A DNA stretch of 64,000 nt, from NCBI GenBank assembly GCA_050084985.1, contig JBITNC010000001.1, positions 185,566,001-185,630,000 of the forward strand, read 5' to 3'. A program made the translations under genes and the position numbers. This DNA comes from Nageia nagi. Taxonomy: Eukaryota; Plantae; Pinophyta. A model generated the notes under the pieces. The model was not told the DNA's origin. It saw only the letters and a list, made by a program, of their open reading frames with translations, and did not search any database. Below, in pieces: positions 14,691 to 27,700 of this stretch (the stretch's first letter is position 1; the number at the start of each line of letters is the position of its first letter).

Positions 14691-16111
14691 TATTGAGTAA
14701 GATGTGGTAATTTAATACATCTATTTATGTATCAAAGTCATAGTAATAATTCTATCGATACAATTTCTATTGCTAGAAATTGACCTCTAAAGAAGGATAC
14801 CTCCTTTCTTGATCAGACTAAGCAAACAAAAATTACAAAAACAAATGATGCATGAAAATAAAATTGCAAGGCTAAAACAAATTTAAATTACTATTCTAGT
14901 AGTGCAAGTAATAAAATCAAATAAATATCCAAACTAGCCTAGGCATTCATTAAAGTAGAATTTGAGCTAATTGAATAATTTGATTTTATAGCCACCAAAT
15001 TAAACATGACACTCTAAGTAATAACACAATACAAGATCTTTATCGATACATATTACCTACTACTTATCCTTCACAATCCATGAAGTGCAAATAATCATAT
15101 CACATAATCATTTACGATAGTGAAAAATAGATCATAGCTAAGAGATCAAGAAGCAAACCATATTTTGTTATCATTTAGCACAAATACAAAATAAAAGTAA
15201 TATCTACTATATCTGACCCCTTTGTCTTTAAAAACACCACTAATTATAGTTTTTCTATTAAAGAATCTATTATAATTAATTCCTAACAAAATTTGACATA
15301 TGAAAATATATTTAACTAAGTATAAAATTTTATTTTGATATGATTTACAACTTTGATCCAAATCTTGAAGCATTAGGGATAATCTCCCATGCATCCTAAT
15401 GCCTTCAATGCATCCAGAGCTTGAAACTTGGATCTAATAGTTGAAATTGCCTTCTTAGAAAGAAAATATATCTTTCTAGAGTTTCGACACTATTTATAGG
15501 TATTTTTATTTTGATGGATTCGTTGGAATCAAATACTAAGCAAAATAGAGTGTTCCAGTATAGTCTTAATGTTTGTTTGAATCTAGATGGCTAGGATCTT
15601 GATCTTCATTATTGGAACATATAAGGTGACATGTGACTATGATTTTCCTTACTTTATACTCTTATCAAATTTGATAGGGCTTCAAATTTATGATAATACC
15701 TTGAAGGATTTTCTCACTACTTTGGTAGAAGCTAGTCCTCTTTGCACTAGTGGATCTCTACCAAAATTAAATACTTCATGAAATATGAGAAAATGGTTAA
15801 GTATGGAACTATATTGATTTCATCATCACTCAAGTGATGTTTTTACCTCAAAAATTACCATACTTCCACCAAAATTGAACACTATGAAGAATGCTCAAAA
15901 ATCAACTAAGTCCAAGCCCTTACTGATTCTACTACCATTCCGATAGATTATGTGTATACCAAAATTGTTGAACATCCACCAAAATCAAAGATAATGGAAA
16001 ATTCTCAAAATTGACTAAGTATAGGAATTCTAACAATAGTAAAGGCTTCAAGAAGAATATAACCAAATAGAAACCTTCTTATATCTTCTAGAAAATATGT
16101 ATGGATATACA
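14691..16111 (-). repeat. 5' LTR (~1.42 kb) of the nested Tat element, with three ~109-bp-period subrepeats at 15759-16020
   Basis: Starts TGTA on the minus strand at 16111; the TATTGAG end matches 4246; ACCAAAAT...TAAGT motif at ~15760, ~15868 and ~15978. Confidence 0.8.
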
Positions 16112-17200
16112 ATAATCATATGACCTTCATTATCAAGATAACTTGCCAAAATGAGATTGTTTTTTAATTTAGGGATGTGCCTCACATTCTTGATCATCCA
16201 TTATTTTCCATTTGGTAGCATGATCCATATTTCACCCATATAAACTATCTCGTAAAGATAATCACTACCCAATTTTGCATATCCAAAATTTCCATGAACA
16301 TACTTAATAAAATAACTCTTGTGATAGGTAGCATGCCAAGAAGCACTTGAATCTAAATCCCAATAATCATTATGCATATCAAGAGATAATATTAAAACCT
16401 CTTAAACATGTTCACCATGTTATCCTCATAATTATTACTTTACTTTTCATTTCTTTCTTTATTAGTTTGTTGTTTGGCCTAATAATCACTTTTAGGATGT
16501 CCCCTTCTTCTACAATCAACACTCTAATTTTGTTTTACATTTGGAGTTACCTTCTTGATTTTCATGAGTTTGAGATCCATCACCTTCCATTATTCTTAAC
16601 AAGAAATTCATTTGAGTGACTATAATTCTCCACCATAGTTTTCATATGCATGTCCTCACTAAATAGATTCCAACCATATCATCAAATACTAGCTTGTTAG
16701 AATCTAAAATGGAGTTACTTTCATCATTGAACTATTCTAACTATCTAGTAATGAACATAGTAATAACAAATTTGTAACCCTATCCTCAATATTAATATTT
16801 ACTAAATACAAATAGTTTGTAATTATATTAAACTCATTTACATGTTTAGGAATTGATCCTCCTTCCATTTGCCTATTAAATAATCTTTTCATTAAATAAA
16901 CCTTATTTTTAGTTGATGGTTTTTCATACATTTTAGTTAATTTATCCATTACATCCTTTATAATTTTCTCATCTACAATATTGGAAGTTACACTTGCACT
17001 CAAGCATAATCTTACCACTCTCAAATCCTTTATATCCAAGATCTCCCAATCCACATAATCCATGCTTTTGGGTTTACTCTTATCCTTCTCTCCAAGGGAA
17101 ATGTAAAGGTTTTTTTGGTAGAGATAGTCTTCAATTTGAATTTTCCAAAACCCAAAGTTATTGTCATAATATATTTCAATTCTCATCCTTCCATCCTTCA
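16112..17200 (-). pseudogene. Copia gag / Zn-knuckle / protease, decayed; continues at 4245-3850
   Basis: ORF 16737-17276 is Tnt1-like gag; WxLDSxASxH protease motif; the frame resumes as VAFDNKTWKVSKHSISIARG left of 4246. Confidence 0.85.
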
Positions 17201-17277
17201 TAGCTCCCACTTGATTTATAATCTCTCCAAGATTTCTATCATGTGTACCAAACAAAATACTATAGTTTTGATACACT

Positions 17278-17998
17278 TGTTGGGTTTTAAATATAAAAGA
17301 AAATACTTTTTCTTATGCAATATTTTAACTCTAATAAGAACCAAAATACCAAATAATATAACAATAAATAAATCAAGCATATAAGGACAAGAGACATGGT
17401 TTTCATGTGGTTCACTCAATGTGACCTACATCTGCCAATAAGCTATCAATCCTTGGTTCACCATAAATCATCCAAATCCTCCAAGAATCACACTAATAAC
17501 ATAAAATTTCCATAAAACCTCTCTTTGCAGTATAATATAACCTCACTACAAGCTTTTAATCTCTCTCTAACTTAGCTTGCACCAACTACATAATCTCACA
17601 TAAACGTTAGATTACATCCATAAATCCCAAACTAAGCCCATGTATTTATAGGTGAGTAATGAGTTACCAATCACATTGGACCCAAAAGTGGTCAAGGAAT
17701 ATATGAAATAATATTCCATATTGAACGTAACCTCCAACTATGAAATTATGGCTTGATGATGCATGATCTTAAATTCCTAAAATGGAGTATAATGCACTTT
17801 ATTTCTTGACCAAACTACATCAGACTAATTATCACTTTTGTGTTAACCCCTTTAATACCAACTACACCCTTGAGTTTATTGACATATTAATTGGTTTATT
17901 GGTTGTATGATCCCCTAGATCAGCCCTATAAGGTCTAGTTAAAAATAAAGTATTCAAAATCTAAAATTGAGTCCATGGATTAGGCTCTAAACCTAACT
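17278..17998 (-). repeat. 5' LTR of the Copia gag-protease element
   Basis: TGTTGGG...CCTAACT; adjacent decayed PBS GTTTTGATACA (from GCTCTGATACCA), followed by gag. Confidence 0.88.
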
Positions 17999-19100
17999 TC
18001 AACAAACCTATCAACCCCATGATTCCAATCAAGTAATTCTATTATAAGTTTGAAATTCCTCACATGGATAAATTTAAAGGGAAATAAGATCTAATGGAGC
18101 ATTTAAGACTTTTTAAATACTCTTGCTACATCATAAGAAATGATGATTTTCTTATGCTTAGAATATTTTTTATGATATTAATGGACCAAGATTTGGATTG
18201 GTATAATATATTACCCTAACATAACATCAATTATTTTGAGAAGTTGGCTAACATTTTCTTATACCACTTTACCATCAATACGAGAGAGATATCACCTATC
18301 ATGAAATTAAGCAAATTATCATAAGTTGATGATAATTCAATTAACAATTATGTAGCAAGGTGGAGAGCTATCATCATAGATTTTTTGTATTCTTTGCCAC
18401 AATAAGAGCTCATCAAATTATTTAGAAAATGTTGTAACAAGCAAATATCTTTGATCTTGAAAATAGAATAACATAAGTATTTTAAGAAAGTACTATCATA
18501 AGTAAATCTTATTGATTAAGTTAAGAATCAATTAGGTGATATCAAGTTACACAGTAACAATAACAATAACAATAACAATAACAATAACAATAACAATAAC
18601 AATAACAATGATTAAAAGTATAATGTGCAATAGTGTCAACAAGAATCAAGCATATTAAAAACCACACAAGAGTCAAGTATTGTATGATGTTAATTAAGTG
18701 AAATCAATCATACCAATTAAACAAAAAAGAGATACCAAACAACCAATTTTTCATGATCAAGCTTAGATAAAAAATCAATTACATAATAAAAATATATCTT
18801 TCACTCCTTTGGTGAATCCTTTATCAAAAATATTGTAGGGATTGACACAAGAAAATATCATAACATTGCCATAAGTTAAAGATAATATTTATAGATCAAC
18901 TAGACCTTGGTACAAAGAGAATGATTTTGTGAGTGTCATATGTTGAAGGGACATAACAAAAATTGGTGCATGTAATTGAAGCATGTGATCCAAGATCTTA
19001 TAGATAATGAGAAAATATCAATAATAATCGTAGCACCTAATCAATGCTTAGAAGTTTTTAACAACCCTTTTCCTAATCATGATGTGAATAAAGTGTATGC
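17999..19100 (+). pseudogene. Old Gypsy (Tat-like) gag remnant; its N-terminal part lies at 2994-3116
   Basis: KFEIPHMDKFKGK*DLMEHL, DLDWYNILP, NYVARWR, Zn-knuckle FCECHMLKGHNKNWC (~18925-18970). Confidence 0.8.
18556..18609 (+). repeat. (AACAAT)9 microsatellite; reads as poly-Asn in the gag frame
   Basis: Perfect 54-bp hexamer array in the same codon phase as 18004. Confidence 0.95.
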
Positions 19101-20635
19101 TTATCATGATGTTAAAACATCATTTTCCTATGAATCTATTAGATGATCCAATGAGTCAAATAATATACTTGATTGTTGATAATGTGTTATCATCTTAGCA
19201 TAAAAAATTATCACTTTGGTTTTTTCATCAAGTTTTTATTTTAAACCTAGCATCTTAGGAGTCAATACTAGATCCTAATCCTCTTTTATAGCCTTCAACA
19301 ATGGAGACTGCAAAGTAGGAAAATGATCACTCATCTCCTAGTACCATCATGAGTCTTATTTATCTTTGTATATTATGATCATTTATTTTCATCATCATTG
19401 TTCATCATGTTTGATTTGTCTTCATTGTATATATCATGTTATATTTGTCTCTTGTTATATTTATGTATCATTATTAACCTTGTGCTTTCATCAAGTATGC
19501 CTCATCATAAGCACATATGTTTGAGGTTTATTAGACTAAACACCATTAAATCACTTCCTATATAGCTTATTTCCCAATGAGGATGCAACCACTTGAGTAA
19601 TAATCATATTATCAAGTTTTCTTAGCAATCAACCCCTTGGGGTAACTGATCATTAATTATTGGATATCATGGTTTATGAGTAAAACATAGTCTTGTAGCA
19701 TAAGTGATAATGAATTTATGATGGATAAGTCTCTTTGGTCATGTTTTCATCTTCATCATTCATCAATGAGAAACAATCATATCTTATAATCATCATGAGC
19801 TTTGATATTTAATAAGATATCTCCATAACATTATCAAATGAGAAATTAATAATGGTCAATTAATATATTTTAACATAACCTTTGTCCACCCATCATACCA
19901 TAGTTTTAAAGTTAAGGTACCACCCCTCTCAAGTCAAGTTCAATACCCTCACATATAGCATATTGGCAACACAAAATATACATTATATTTAATATTATCC
20001 TTGAGAATAATCATTTTCTTACCATTACTTGGAGAAAATTTATTATCATCTTGTTGTGATCATATCATGGGAATTATGCTTTATCATCCATTCAAATTAG
20101 GTTAAGAGAGCATTTCTTTACAATCCTTTTAATATTTGGTAAAAAAATCACCATCATATCATTGTATTAAGCATAAGCATTATACCTTGTGATTCATTAA
20201 ACATGGGGTAAGATAATTATTATAATTATAATCCCTTACAATCCATTCAAAATGAAGCAAGGTAATCATTAGCATTTTATCCTTTGTCTATCATTGCTTA
20301 GGAAAATGATAACATTGTCACTTTATTTACCACTACTTGTGGTAAAGTTATCATTCATCACATCATTGAGCATAATGTATCATAAGTAAAAAAGATATCC
20401 ATATCTTTGAGATTATTTAGTACTTATCTCTTAGAAAGAGATATATTTGCATGCCTACATCCATACATCCATCATTTTCAATAAAACATCATTGTGAATT
20501 TATCACACATCCTTGTTCAACATAATCATCATGCCATTGATAAAATTCAATCTTTCATCTCTCATCAGCAAATCATGGCATAGTTAAATTTTATGCTAAG
20601 CCTTGCTTGTAAGAATCAACTCAAAATGAGGCATA

Positions 20636-21550
20636 TGTAGACACCTCAAAATTACTTATCTTAAGTATGCATGTTCTAGCTAGTAGAAACATCAATCAAC
20701 TTGGTTAAAACATGGGAAAATTAGTCAAATAGGTCATCCTTCCAACCAATCAATTAGTTAGTCAGTCAATATATCAATCAATCTATGAACCCTAATTGAG
20801 ATATTAATCAATGAATTAGTATTACATTTAGGTGTAGGTATTGTATATAGGTGAAAATTATTTCATTTTATTTGGCCATTCTTTTTGAATTCTAACATTT
20901 GCTATCATTCAAGCTAAACCTATAACCCACCTCCACCTTGAGCCAAGATAACAAACCCTAAGCTATCTAAAGTTACATGTCATATACCATTTGATCCTAG
21001 ATTCACTATAATGACCACATGAAAGATTTTCACCATTGAAATAGGGTTATAACATATTTTTAGATGCTTTTAGGTGCATAGAGGCATTTGAAGCTACAAA
21101 GATATCAAGTATGCTTATGTAGTTTAGATTTCATTTTCTTATGTGTGCATATAATTGCATGTAGGTTAAAATCATCTTTTCTTTTATCAATTAAAATTAT
21201 CCTATGGTTTTTATAGCATTTTACCATTTATCATAACATAAAGCATATATCTTTGACATATATGAGCATATTATCATAGATCAATAGCATGCACAAGCAT
21301 TATAGCATAAATATTTAGTATTCATAGCATTTTATCCAAAAAGAGAAAAAAAGAAAGCATATTAGAATTATCATAGCATATCATTTTGAATTTGGCATAA
21401 TACTATTTTCTATAATTCATTTGATTATGAACAATAGGGTTTACATCACCCTTTAGCTAAGGTTTATCGTATTGGCTCATCTCCAAGGTATGGAGGACTT
21501 GGAGATTTGAATTTCCCCACTAACATTTTTGTTCATGTAGGTGTTAGATA
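20636..21550 (+). repeat. Probable 3' LTR of the old Gypsy element; right end uncertain
   Basis: PPT-like AAAATGAGGCATA followed directly by TGTAGACACCTCAAAATT, a typical Tat LTR start. Confidence 0.5.
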
Positions 21551-21769
21551 TTGAAAATAAAAATATCACAAAAATAGATAAACTCTCCATTATTCTTTAT
21601 ATTATGTACCTTTTGGATCTTTAATGTAGGAAATTAAAGGTATAAATAAGGTACTACCAACTAAATATGAAAAAAATATATTTTGTAATGATCAAAGGAA
21701 ATGTACATAATAGGTATGGTTAACTTGGAGTCCCTTAGGTAGTTTCAAAAAATTCAATTGACTATTTTT

Positions 21770-21974
21770 AAAGGTAGGAAACATCCTACAAGGATGGAGT
21801 ACCAACTTTAAAAGCTAACTAGTCCCTTCCTTGACAAAGGATGGAGTATCAATGTTTGAGATAATTGGTTCCTCCTTTGAAATAAGTGAAAGGTTCATCA
21901 TGAGGGAGGATAGTGAAAATATTGAGGTTAATAAAAGAAAAATATTTTTCTCATCATTTTGGCACCATTATTGG
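21770..21974 (+). repeat. 3' end of an Athila-like LTR plus decayed tRNA-Asp PBS
   Basis: Colinear with 48525-48705, both ending TTTTTCTCATCA; followed by TGGCACCATTATTGG (21960-21974), consistent with transition-decayed TGGCGCCGTTGCCGG. Confidence 0.7.
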
Positions 21975-22660
21975 TGATTAACAATGCTGATAGGAATCAC
22001 TTTATAGTCTAGAGATTATAAGAACTTTGATTGTACCATTAAGGAGATGTGTATTATCATAGTCCCTCCTACTAGTTAGTATGAATAGACTGGATTAGTT
22101 ATTATCCAAGTGTAAGTCTAGAAAATTATCTTAGGAGTTATTATATTTTGGTATTTTTACTTTCTATTAGAGTAATTGATGAATAGTTTCAATTCTAGTT
22201 CTAAAATAAAAAAATCCACAATATCCACTCCCCAAGATAAAATAAAAATAAAGAAACTAGGAAGTTTGTAATCATAGGTGATACTACTATTTTTTTATCA
22301 TTTTTTAATGATTGATAAGGATATTTTAGTGCTAAATTGTAACTTAGCAACTCATGGCCCACAAAACTATAGTTGATCTCATTTACATGATCCTTTTTGG
22401 TAATAGTTGATATGTTTTTGTTTGCAAAGTTTCTATTTTGTATTTTATTTTTTCATTTAGATTTATTGGTGAAAAAATAAATACATCATTGATTATATAT
22501 AAAATTAAAGAAAATAGAATTCTATGAGATTGCCTTAGATGAAAATATTAAATTAGTGAAAACTAAATTGCTTATAGCCTAAATAGCAATATTGAGGGTT
22601 GAATTAGAAAAGAAATTATCTTATATTGTACAATTACTTTCACAAAAGGAAGTGAAAAAT

Positions 22661-22909
22661 TGTTAGATTAATATTTAATATATAGTTTGTAATATATTAT
22701 ATAGTGATTATTAATAAACACATGGTCAAATGTGACTATGCCTAGGAATTAGGATTAGATAAACCTTTCTTACTATTTTCTAGGTAGACTTGTTCATGTA
22801 TAGCATATTTCAATTTTTAGTTGATTTAGAGAGGATTTCTCTCACACTATTGTAAGGCTATATCAGCCTATATATATTTTCTTAATTCTATGAAGAAGTA
22901 CTTTGATCA
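22661..22909 (+). repeat. 5' LTR
   Basis: TGTTAG...GATCA; 241/249 identical to the 3' LTR by manual comparison. Confidence 0.95.
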
Positions 22910-23819
22910 ATATGGTATCAGAGCTTTAAGATGTAGATCATTGCTGGGAATTATAAACCTAAGCAATAGTTTTCTGAGAATAGTCTTATGGAGGAAGTAA
23001 TAAGGTATTGCTTCTCTACTGGGAAAGATTGAGAAGTAGATTTGCTATGATCTGTTGTTGCTTTACTAAAGACTTTGAATTGTGTATGAGGGTGATCACC
23101 TAATATTTGCTAGCCATGGAGAAGAGGAGGAGACAACGTCATGTTAGAAAGCCAGCTCAGACTTGAAAATTGTCATCCATTCATGAAAGTGCATGAAAGA
23201 AGATTGTCAACACTTGTTCTAAAGTGAGACTTGCAGATCTACTATGAGCCATCGTGCTGCTGAGGAGGTGAAGATTGATAGAAGATGAGATCCTGCTATA
23301 ACATGTGGTCTGATGTACTATTGTTATTTGAAAAAGTGACTGCTATTGTGTAAAGGGGGACATGCTACTTAGATCTGGTTGTATGTGCTATAGGAGAAGA
23401 CTACCAACATGGGAGGAGAGCTCTTAGCTTACCACAAATCATTCTGGATGTGACATCATTGGTTGGAGAGTTCTACTATTCAATCTACTGATTGGACATG
23501 CTACTATTATTATTCTTGACTATGCTACACCTAGAATACTAGGTAATTTGAACTGATCTGGTTGGTCAGGCTATTGTCACTATTTGTGGAAATCTATCAC
23601 TCAAAAAGAAAAAAAAAACATGATGGTTTGAGCCTGGAGAGGATGTGTTGAGGAAGAGAAGCCTACAATGCTATCATGATAGTCAATGTGGAAAACCATC
23701 AGCCCTGTCAATGCCACAATGCTACCATTGAACATGCTGCATAACACTACCTGGATGTTAGGTAATGTAAATTGATCTAGCTAGAAGTGCTACAGTTACT
23801 GTGAAAGGAGATAGAAGAC

Positions 23820-24640
23820 AATACCTATGTTGCATGATGTGAATAATATCAATAAACAATCTCTATGTTACATGACATGAAGAATTGGTTCCAACCAGCA
23901 TGGAATTGAGAAGCCCGCACATGCAAAGGATGCATTTTTTAGAGGAAAGAGAGATGTAAAGGTAGTAAGGACTACTAATACTATTCATTGTATATGGTGG
24001 CATAGTGTCAATACCTATAAAGGAGCTCGAGTCTGTTACAAAGGTGTGAAGACTATGGTGTACAAAGTTTTTTTTCATTGAGAATCTTCTGTTGAGAGTA
24101 TCAAATGGAACACACCTCTACCCATCAAATTGCCACCGTGCATCATCTCAAACATATCATGACATGACAAGAGCTAATGGGTGTTTTGTTGCATTAAAAT
24201 ATCTTATAGATAATGCATCTCTAGAATTATTTGATGAGGAAGTTTGAGTGTATGGTATTGATACAACTTTTGAAACTGTTAAACAATACATAATCCAATG
24301 CTAAACTGTTAATGAGGGTTACAAGGGAGACACAGAAGAAGAAGATTCATTTGATAGTGGTTATACTCCAAATGATATTGAGGATCCAAACTACATTCTT
24401 GAAGAACCCATAAGCATTGCATAATCTAAATCTATGGAAGCTTTTGTTCCAGCACTAGTGGAACCTGAGTTGATCATTATCAGTGATAGTGATGATATCC
24501 TCTTGCTCCTCAACCATCGAAAACTATCATTGTTAGAGATAGTGATGAGGAGATTCTGAACATAGTTGATAGAGAATATCAATCCTCTGAAGGTGATAAC
24601 TTTGGTTATAGTGTACCCTAGGAGATATAGTGCATGATTT
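23820..24640 (+). pseudogene. Decayed extra ORF in the Copia 5' leader, acidic C-terminal half
   Basis: Manual translation: RIGSNQHGIEKPAHAKDAFFRGKRDVKVVRTTNTIHCIWWHSVNTYKGARVCYKGVKTMVYKVFF, then a shift at T8 (24068-24075), then IENLLLRVSNG...GDTEEEDSFDSGYTPNDIEDPNYILEEP...ELIIISDSDD. Confidence 0.5.
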
Positions 24641-24710
24641 GCTTATAATATCTATCTATTATTTATTTTAGCATCATCAAAAGCTATAAATAAAATTTTA
24701 TTTTAACACA

Positions 24711-27700
24711 ATGACTAGTGTTAATAATCCTTTGCCCATTTCGGAGTTTAATGGTACAAAATATGAGTATTGGTCAATTTGAATGAATTACTCATTGGAA
24801 AGGGACTATGGAATATTGTAGACATGGGCTACACTGAGCCTACTGATTGGTCTATCTTGAATGAAGCTGTAAGAAAAGCAAAAGAAGAGGATCAAAAAAA
24901 GGACTCGTTAGCCCTATCACATATTCAATCAGCCTTGGTAGAAAACTTGTTTCCTAGGATTGCTTCATGTACGACTGCTCTTCAAGCATGGAAAGCATTA
25001 AAGTATGCTTATCATGGTAACACACAAGTAAAACAAGTGCTTATCATGGTAACACACAAGTAAAACAAGTGAGAATTCAGATGTTCAAAAGGGAATTTGA
25101 AAATCTAAGAATGAAGGAGGATGAGGTAGTTGGTGGCTATTGTGTTCGAGTCAAAGCAATTGTTGACCAAATGGAAACACTTGGTGAGGAAGTGAAGCCA
25201 GAAGTTGTTATGAAGAAAGTGTTGAGAACACTTCCTCAAAAATGGAACCATATTGCAATCATCATTAAGGAGTCGAAAGATCTTTCTACCCTCACTTTTG
25301 ATGCACTAATCGGTTCCTTGACATCTCATGAGGAATGACTAGAAGATCCTTCACCCTTTGGGGGTGAGGATAAAGCTTTTTCAACCCAAGGATGAGGTTA
25401 AGGCAGAGGTAAGAAATGAGGTAGAGGAGGTAGATCCTATGGAGGTGGTCAATCTTGAGGGGGAGGATCCCAAGCACCTAGCCAAGGAGTAGGTGGTAAT
25501 CAAAGTGGTAACCGAGGAGGATAATCATTCAGAGGAAGAGGAGGTGACAAATCTAACAAAGAATGTCATTATTGTCACAAACTTGGTCACTATGCTCGAG
25601 AATGCTAACTGAAAGCATCCAATGAAGGGAAATCTAATGCAAATTATGGAGAAGAGGAAGTAGCCTCATCTTCAAATTTGTTTCTCACCTATGACCAATC
25701 ACATCAAAATCTCAATACAACTTGGATTTTGGATACGGGTTGCTCAAATCATATGACTGGGAAGAAGGAACTATTTTCCAAGGTAGATTCCTCTTATAAG
25801 TCACACATCAGTTGGGCGATGACAAAGAGCTTCAAGCTACAGGCATGGGCACCATGGAGGTACCAACCAAGGAAGGCATAAAAAAGGTACATGACATCTA
25901 TTACACTCCACATCTCAAGCATAATTTGCTTAGTGTAGGACAAATGATGGAAAAAAATTATAAACTTGTTTTTGAAGATGGCACTTGTGTCATTTCTGAT
26001 AAAAATAATGGTAATAGAGTTGTTACTACTATATCTATGACCAAGAATAGATTATTTCCTCTAAAATTTGGGGAACATGATAATGCCCAACTTGTTAATG
26101 TAACCATTGAGAATCCAAGTGTACTTTAGCACTTGCGATATGGTCATCTCAACTTTGACAATTTGAACGTGTTAACTTCACAAAATATGGTCTATGGACT
26201 ACCAAAAGTTCAAGCTTCAAAGGAGGAGGTATGCGAAGGATGTGCTTTGGGAAAGCATGCATGTACAAATTTCCAAAAGATGAAGCATGGTGAGCTAATT
26301 ATCCATTATAATTGGTCCATTCAGACATTTGTGGGCTGATGCAAACTAAAAGTTGGGGTAATCATCGGTACTTTCTTACATTTATTGATGATTTCACTAG
26401 ACTATGTTGGGTCTACTTTTTGCAGACTAAGGATCAAGCATTTGCATGTTTTCAAGATTTCAAGAATGATTTAGAAAAATAAAGTGGTTTTCTTATTAAA
26501 TGCCTAAGAACTGATAATGGAGGAGAATTTTGCTCGAAGGAATTTCTACAATTTTGTAAGGATGTTGGGATAAAAAGGTAATATACTGCTTCTTACACTC
26601 CTCAACAAAATGGTGTGGCTGAAAGGAAAAATTGCACCATTATTGAAATGACCAAATCCATGCTATAGTAAAAAAGGCTCAGTAATATGTATTGGGCTGA
26701 AGCTATTAGAACTAGTGTGTACATTCTGAATCGGTGTCCTACTTCTAGCTTAGATGGAATCACTCCCTATGAGGGATGGTATGGCAAGAAACCAAATGTC
26801 AAACACTTTCATGTTTTTGGTTGTCTTGCATATGCACATATTCCAGATGAGAAAAGACAAAAACTTGATCCCAAAAGTCATGCTTGCATTTTCCTTGGAT
26901 ATTGTGGGTCTACAAAAGCCTATAGACTCTATAATCCCCACACAAATAAGGTCTTGATTTATCAAGATGTGATTTTTGATGAAGGGGGAGTTTGGGGTCA
27001 TCAAAAGTTGTATACTAATGATGGATCTCATCATGAAAATACATCTCAAGTTTAGCCATCTAGAAAGACCAATCCTGAGGATATTACTCAAAATACTACA
27101 GGGCCAATTGAGAAATCTAGTACTATCTCAGGTGCTAAGAGAAAGAGTCTTGAGAAGAATCATCCATCATTTCAAATGTTGGATATGAATTTTCAAAGAA
27201 GGTACACTAGAAGCCAATCTAGTGAAATGCATGATGTCTTGGAAAGACTTGAAAATATCCACCTATTTGGAGATGATGATTCTCAAGAACCTAAGGGTGA
27301 TATGGTGCATTATGCTCTTATGTCCAATGTTGAGCTTGAGCCTTCTAGCTTTGAATAGGCATGTGAGTCTAATATATGGTAGGAAGCTATGCAGGTAGAA
27401 ATCAACTCCATCAACAAGAATGACACATGGGAGCTAGTTGAGCTTCCACAAGGCAAGAAATGTGTTGGTTGCAAATGGGTCTATAAGACTAAACTCAAAC
27501 CTGATGGAAGCATTGATAAACACAAAGCAAGACTAGTAGCAAAAGGTTTTACTCAAAAGTATGGATTTGACTATGAGGAAACATTTGCTCTTGTCATTCG
27601 ACAAGAGACCATCAGATTAGCACTCTCATTGGCTGCTCCTAAAGGATGGAACATCCAGCATATGGATGTTAAGAGTGCATTTTTGAATGGATATTTGAAT

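Larger units (their letters stand above)
4246..16111 (-). mobile_element. Nested Ty3/Gypsy Tat-type element, order gag-PR-aRH-RT-RH-INT-extra ORF
   Basis: 5' LTR 14691-16111; truncated 3' LTR 4246-~4490 colinear with 14691-14935; decayed Arg-type PBS CCCATTGGGCATACCG (~14659-14674); gag LDWYKSLPSNSISTWA (~14042-14089); PR (ORF 12349-12684, PPSFYISL); aRH FDGAK...CTNNIAKYEA...GDLELVINQV (11600-11970); RT WVANLVPI...VDFWNLN...KDNYPLP (10400-11100); RH (~9900-10300); INT (~8620-9700). Confidence 0.9.
3117..17998 (-). mobile_element. Ty1/Copia-derived gag-protease-only LTR element (~3.0 kb after removing the nested Gypsy)
   Basis: Diverged ~720-bp LTR pair at 3117-3831 and 17278-17998; TSD TCAAT (3112-3116) / TCAAC (17999-18003); decayed Met-i PBS (~17265-17276); PPT AAGTGGGAGAT (minus, 3832-3842); gag ORF 16737-17276 (NFGFWKIQIEDYLYQK); protease WDLDSSASWHAT (~16327-16362); VRHIPKLKNNLI. 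No integrase or RT found. Confidence 0.85.
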
